DNA of 64,000 bases from the NCBI GenBank assembly GCA_965214405.1, contig OZ243956.1, forward strand, positions 3,072,001-3,136,000. The letters run 5' to 3'. A program made the translations under genes and the position numbers. Source of the stretch: Trueperaceae bacterium. Lineage in GTDB: Bacteria > Deinococcota > Deinococci > Deinococcales > Trueperaceae. Numbering within the stretch: the stretch's first letter is position 1; each line of letters begins with the position of its first letter. This document shows, piece after piece, positions 59,226 to 64,000 of this stretch. The notes beneath the pieces are model-generated. The model was not told where the DNA came from. It did not search any database and was given only the letters and a program-made list of their open reading frames with translations.

Positions 59226-60428
59226 CTAACTCCTTGCCTGACGCCTCGAGGGCAAAAACCACACCGCAGGCACGCTTAAAAGCGCCGCCACTCCGCTCCA
59301 CAAAAACGCGCTACGAATGCCCACGCCGTCCGCCAGAAGTCCCAAGACCCAGATGCCCAACGCGCGCAGGAGGAAGGTCAGTGCCAAAAAGGTCCCGTTG
59401 GCGAGCGCGCGGTTGTCGGGAAACTCGTCCTGGACGATGGCGAGCAGCACGGGTGTGTGAGAGATGGCGGTGAGGCCCAGCGCGACGAGGAGCGGCAGCG
59501 CCAGCCAAGAAGGACTGTACAAAAAGGCGAAGAGCAGCAGGGGAGAGGCAACAAAAAGAAAGAGGAGCACGCCCCCACGCCCCCAACGGTCGCTCAGCGT
59601 CCCCGACAGGAGCGCGCCCGCTACCCCGGCCCCCTCGAGGATCGTGAGTGAAGCCGCGGCCAGCCACAAGTTTGCGTTAAGCGCGTTGCTCATAAAGAGC
59701 GGCAGGTAGGTGGTGAGGGCCACGACCATAAAGACTCTCGCCAGGATGAGCCAGGAGAGCACGGGAAAAACCGCGCGCGCTTTTGACCAGGGTAAAAGCG
59801 CCGCGCCCTCCCTGGGTTTCGCCGCCACGTCGCGTAAACGCAAGAAGAGCACGAACGACACTGCCCAGCCGACGAACGCGAGCCGCCACAACCCTTCCAG
59901 CCCAAACCACCCCACCGCCCCCACCACCGCCACCGGCCCCAGCGTGCGCCCGAGTTCGCCCGCGGCCATGAACACGCTCATGCCGGTGCCGACGCGCGAC
60001 CCCGCCATCCGCCCCACCATCGCGGGCGCGGGCGCGTGAAACGCGGCGACGCTGATCCCCGCTGCCAAGAGTAGCAGCGCGAGCGACAAGTAAGACGAGG
60101 CGAGGCCAATCGCGCTCATCAGCGTGGCCGTCACCGCGGGCGCGAGGATGACGAAGTAGCGCAGGCTCACCTTGTCGGCCAAGTAGCCAATCAAGGGATT
60201 GAGCAGGCTGGGCAGTTGGGGGAACACAGCCAGCCCGCCCGTGAGCGCGTAGTTGGTCGCCAGGCGCTCCTGAAGCAGGGGCAACAAGGGCGCAATAAAC
60301 GCGCTGTAGGTGTCGTGAACGAAGTGCCCGCCCGCGACGGTAACGACTTGGCCGGTTTGGAAGGGTTCGGCAGTGGGGACGGGCTCTTGGACGGGCGGGG
60401 GTAGGGGGGGCTCGAACGGCGCTTTCAT
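59226..60428 (-). CDS. MFS transporter (Fsr-like)
   Basis: HFVHDTY, GYLADK, AAFHAP, GTLSDRWGR; about 12 TM helices. Confidence 0.88.
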   Translation of the reverse strand: MKAPFEPPLPPPVQEPVPTAEPFQTGQVVTVAGGHFVHDTYSAFIAPLLPLLQERLATNYALTGGLAVFPQLPSLLNPLIGYLADKVSLRYFVILAPAVTATLMSAIGLASSYLSLALLLLAAGISVAAFHAPAPAMVGRMAGSRVGTGMSVFMAAGELGRTLGPVAVVGAVGWFGLEGLWRLAFVGWAVSFVLFLRLRDVAAKPREGAALLPWSKARAVFPVLSWLILARVFMVVALTTYLPLFMSNALNANLWLAAASLTILEGAGVAGALLSGTLSDRWGRGGVLLFLFVASPLLLFAFLYSPSWLALPLLVALGLTAISHTPVLLAIVQDEFPDNRALANGTFLALTFLLRALGIWVLGLLADGVGIRSAFLWSGVAALLSVPAVWFLPSRRQARS

Positions 60429-60533
60429 GTGCCAGCTTACGTCCCAAAAGACCACCTTGCAACGCACCGCTATGCGACCTTACAAATATTAGATTTTGAT
60501 TCAGCACGTCTTGATAGGGGGTGTACTACGGGA

Positions 60534-60557
60534 AACAAGGGGTTGCAACCCCTTGTT
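60534..60557. repeat. Perfect 24-bp palindrome (REP-like), copy 2
   Basis: aacaaggggttgcaaccccttgtt, identical to the core at 57180-57203. Confidence 0.85.
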
Positions 60558-60577
60558 AAGGTGCGTGACACTTTCTC

Positions 60578-61447
60578 CTAGCCCTTGACCCCCGTCAGCA
60601 CCACGCCTTCGATAATCTGCTTCTGAAAGATAAAGAAAACGAGCAGCACGGGCACAATCGCCAGCGCCGAGGCCGCCATAATGAGGTTCCAGGCGGTGCC
60701 CGCCTCGCCCGAAAAGAGCGCGATGCCCACGGGCACGGTGCGCATCTCGGCGGATTTGGAGACGATTAAGGGCCACAAAAACGCGTTCCAGTTGCCGATA
60801 AACGCGAAGATGCCCAGCGCTGCCAGCGCGGGCCGCACCAAGGGCAGGCCGATGGACCAAAAGAGCCCGAACTCGCTTAAGCCGTCCACTCGAGCCGCGT
60901 CGAACACGTCGCGGGGCAGCGTATCGAAAAATTGACGCATCAGAAACACACCAAAGGCGGGGATGAGGCCCGGAAAGGCGAGTCCCCAAAAGGTGTTGAC
61001 CCAGCCGTAGTCCGAGGCCATCACGAACCAGGGGATGACGAGCATTTCGGTGGGCACCATCAGGGTGGACAAGATAATGACAAAGATGATGTTCCGGCCC
61101 GGAAAGCGCATCCGGGTGAGCGTATAGCCCACCAGCGAGCAGAAAAAGAGCACCGACAAGGTCGAGCCGAGCGCGACCACCAAAGAGTTGAAAAACCAGC
61201 GCGGAAAGGAAGTGTCGAACAAGACCTCGCGGTAGTTGGCGAGCGTCCACACTTTGGGCAGGAAATGAAAGCCCAAAATTTCGCGGATGTCTTTGAACGA
61301 ACTTATTAGCATCCATAGAAAGGGAAAGGCCATCACGACGCTGCCGAGGGTAAGGAGCACGTAAGCGAGGATGGTGGTGCTCGAGACCTTGCGCCGCCTC
61401 CTGGCGGGAGCTGACGTGCGCTCTACAGGACGAGAAACGGCCATCAT
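60578..61447 (-). CDS. Carbohydrate ABC transporter permease
   Basis: DAARVDG, WNAFLWPL, ends GVKG. Confidence 0.92.
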   Translation of the reverse strand: MMAVSRPVERTSAPARRRRKVSSTTILAYVLLTLGSVVMAFPFLWMLISSFKDIREILGFHFLPKVWTLANYREVLFDTSFPRWFFNSLVVALGSTLSVLFFCSLVGYTLTRMRFPGRNIIFVIILSTLMVPTEMLVIPWFVMASDYGWVNTFWGLAFPGLIPAFGVFLMRQFFDTLPRDVFDAARVDGLSEFGLFWSIGLPLVRPALAALGIFAFIGNWNAFLWPLIVSKSAEMRTVPVGIALFSGEAGTAWNLIMAASALAIVPVLLVFFIFQKQIIEGVVLTGVKG

Positions 61448-61525
61448 CCCTCCTTTTCAAAGGTTAATGCTGCGCGAGTAACGACCGGCCTGTAACGTAG
61501 ATGCACCCTCACCCCAATATCCACC

Positions 61526-62488
61526 CTAGTATTCCACCCTCCGGCTAAAAAACTTGAGCTGCACGAGCGTCACGATGAGGATGAGCGCGAACAGCAAGAC
61601 CGTCACCGCCGCGGCGTAGCCCAGCCGGAAGCGCGAGAAAGCCTCCTGGTACATGTAAAGTGCGACCGTCAGCGTGCTGTTTAAGGGGCCGCCCTGGTCG
61701 GTAAAGTTGATGTTAACGACCTGGTCGAAAAGCTGGAGCGAGGCGATGGTCGAAATCACCACCGAAAAAACGATGACGGGGTTTAAGAGGGGCAGCGTGA
61801 TGTGCCGGAACAAGCTCCAGCGGTTCGCGCCGTCGATGCGCGCGGCCTCGTAGAACATGCGCGGGACGCCCTGCAAGCCCGCCAAAAAGATGACCACCTG
61901 AAAGCCTAAGTTCTGCCACACCACCACCACCGCCACCGACACGAGCGCCTGACGCGGGCTCGTTAGAAAGGGCTGCGGGTCAATCGCCAGCCAGGGGAGG
62001 CCCCTGGCCTCCCAAAAGATGCTCCAATCAACCAGCAGGTTGTTAATCACGCCGAAATTGACCGAGTACATCCAGCCCCAGACCCAGGCCACCGCGGCGG
62101 CGGGGGTAACGTAGGGCGAAAAGTAGATGGCGCGAAAGAGCCCCTTGAATTTTTCGATAGAACTTAGCAGGAGGGCAATCCCAAGGCCCAGCGCGAGCCC
62201 CGCGGGCACGGTGATGAGCGTGTAGAGCAGCGTGTTGAGGAGCGCGCGGTGGAGTTTGGCGTCGCGCAGCATCGCGCTGTAGTAGCCGAGCCCCACGAAG
62301 TCGCGCTCGGCAGGGTTGACGTTCCAAGTAAAAAGCGACAGATAAAAGGATTGGAACGCGGGCCAGATGCGCAGGAACAGGAAAAAAGCGAGCGGGACGA
62401 GCAAGAAAATATAAGCCCAAAGCGCCTCTCTGGTAGCGAGGGTAAGTTTATAACCGCGTCGTTTGCGGGCCTCGAGCCGTGGCTGCAT
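61526..62488 (-). CDS. Carbohydrate ABC transporter permease
   Basis: YEAARIDGAN...ITLPLL. Confidence 0.92.
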   Translation of the reverse strand: MQPRLEARKRRGYKLTLATREALWAYIFLLVPLAFFLFLRIWPAFQSFYLSLFTWNVNPAERDFVGLGYYSAMLRDAKLHRALLNTLLYTLITVPAGLALGLGIALLLSSIEKFKGLFRAIYFSPYVTPAAAVAWVWGWMYSVNFGVINNLLVDWSIFWEARGLPWLAIDPQPFLTSPRQALVSVAVVVVWQNLGFQVVIFLAGLQGVPRMFYEAARIDGANRWSLFRHITLPLLNPVIVFSVVISTIASLQLFDQVVNINFTDQGGPLNSTLTVALYMYQEAFSRFRLGYAAAVTVLLFALILIVTLVQLKFFSRRVEY

Positions 62489-62642
62489 CTCATCCGCCTT
62501 ATGTGAAGTTAAATAGTTTGCTTTCTGCCCGACTTCAAGGGTTACAAGAGTTGCGAAATCAAGGGTGCGTCAGAAACATAGATGAAAACTAAAAATAAGG
62601 TGAGGGTGAAGGGCAGGCACTGCGCCTACCCTTCAAATAGGT

Positions 62643-63914
62643 CTACTGGCTAAACTCGTTTAGAAGCGCCTGGTCTTCTTCCGCCGCCTGCTGCCATGAG
62701 GCCGCCGGGTCCATCCCCTCCTGGAGCACGCGGTTGATCGCGTCGGTGACGATCTGCCGTTGCGCCGACTCGTCCACGAACTCGGTCGCCTCGGCGTAGG
62801 CCAGAGAGGCGATGAAGGGGCCGTAAACGGGGTCGCTGACGAGTTCGGGGTCGTCAATCAGGCTCTGGCGGGCCGGGAGTTCGCCCACAACGTCGAGCCA
62901 CAGCCGCATCGCCTCGGGCCGGGTGATGAACTCTAAAAACTTGACCGAAGCCTCTAAGGTCGCCTCATCTTCCGTAGCGTTGGGCGTGAGGCCGTTCATC
63001 CAAAAGGAGCCGAAGTTGGCCCTCGTGCCGCCCGCCTCGAGCACGGGCAGCTCGGCCACGCCCCAGTTGAACTGCGCGGCCTCCTGCGTGGGGCCAATCG
63101 CAAAGGAGCCGTCGATAATCATGCCGATATTTTCCTGGATGCGGAAACCGTCGCGGTAGCCGTCGGCACCGGGGACGAAGTTGGGCACACCGATTTCGTC
63201 GTCGGTAATCCAGCTCATGTAGAACTCGAACGCCTCGGCGCCCGCCTCGTCGCCATATAGGACTTCGGTGTTGTCTTCGTTGTAGGGTTCGGTGCCAAAT
63301 TGTTCGGTCAAGACCTGACGGATGAGGTGGTGGTCTTGGCCCTCGGGCGCGATACCATAACCGATTTGGGAAAAGCGGGACCCGCGCTTTTCGGTGAGCG
63401 CCTGCGCGATTTCGGTAAACTCGGCCCAGGTCTCGGGCGGGCCGTCGAAACCCGCGGCCTCGAGCTTGTCCTGGTTGTAAAAGAGCGCCAGGCTACGCAC
63501 GGCGGTGGGCAGGCCGTAATACTCGCCGTTCCACTTCCCGGCCTGTACCATCGGCACGAAGTCGGCGTCAACCTGCGCGGCGTCGAAAGACTCCGCGGGC
63601 AGCGGCTCCAAGTAGCCCGCGCGCGCCCAGGTCGGCAGCCAGCCGTAAAAGAGCTGCACCACGTCCGGCCCCGTGCCCGCGGGCAGCGAGGCGGCGACCT
63701 GCTCCTGGTAGTTGTCGTACGGGAAGGTTTCTTGATTCACGGTGATGCCGGGGTTTTCCGCCTCGAACTGCTCGATAAGTTGGTTCATCGCGTCCACGCG
63801 GGCACCAAACTCATACTGCCAATAAGTGATTTCAACATCTTGAGCAAAGGCGAGGCCCAGCAGCAAGAGACCTCCGACAAAGAACTTCATGACGTGCTTC
63901 ACAGGGTATTTCAC
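62643..63914 (-). CDS. Sugar ABC transporter substrate-binding protein
   Basis: Signal peptide (AFA), FEAENPGITV, GPDV, YGLP, PPETW; start 63914 or 63890. Confidence 0.92.
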   Translation of the reverse strand: MKYPVKHVMKFFVGGLLLLGLAFAQDVEITYWQYEFGARVDAMNQLIEQFEAENPGITVNQETFPYDNYQEQVAASLPAGTGPDVVQLFYGWLPTWARAGYLEPLPAESFDAAQVDADFVPMVQAGKWNGEYYGLPTAVRSLALFYNQDKLEAAGFDGPPETWAEFTEIAQALTEKRGSRFSQIGYGIAPEGQDHHLIRQVLTEQFGTEPYNEDNTEVLYGDEAGAEAFEFYMSWITDDEIGVPNFVPGADGYRDGFRIQENIGMIIDGSFAIGPTQEAAQFNWGVAELPVLEAGGTRANFGSFWMNGLTPNATEDEATLEASVKFLEFITRPEAMRLWLDVVGELPARQSLIDDPELVSDPVYGPFIASLAYAEATEFVDESAQRQIVTDAINRVLQEGMDPAASWQQAAEEDQALLNEFSQ

Positions 63915-64000
63915 ACAGTCTCCTCTCTCGGCGCGCGCAAGCTCTCCCGCGCCTCTTCAAGCTTGTCTTTAAGCTTACCTAATCTATCAACCGTTTCTTC

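Overview
This is a GC-rich bacterial chromosomal window, most consistent with Deinococcota (Truepera-like). That placement is inferred from gene content and from the many genes whose start codon sits 5-7 nt after a TAnnnT -10 box. It is mostly housekeeping and accessory metabolism: an ABC-2 exporter, crtI, an EVE-like/PD-(D/E)xK nuclease, a GGDEF cyclase, a ulaG/ulaD L-ascorbate-type cluster that uses an ABC importer instead of a PTS, a DtxR/MntR-controlled Mn ABC importer, pyrD, scpA, one complete IS5-family element, cysK, a split mnmC-like pair, menC, a PIN toxin-antitoxin pair and sugar ABC genes. The most striking feature is a three-gene minus-strand cassette at 36849-38541. It encodes a cupin-like + HD-GYP phosphodiesterase, a small lipoprotein ending in PVDPFRFNE, and a 43-aa secreted prepeptide with two tandem copies of D-x-PVTNPFRFS that differ mainly at synonymous sites. 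This is a candidate peptide-signalling system coupled to cyclic-dinucleotide turnover. All calls come from reading the sequence and ORF track by eye; no database search was run.
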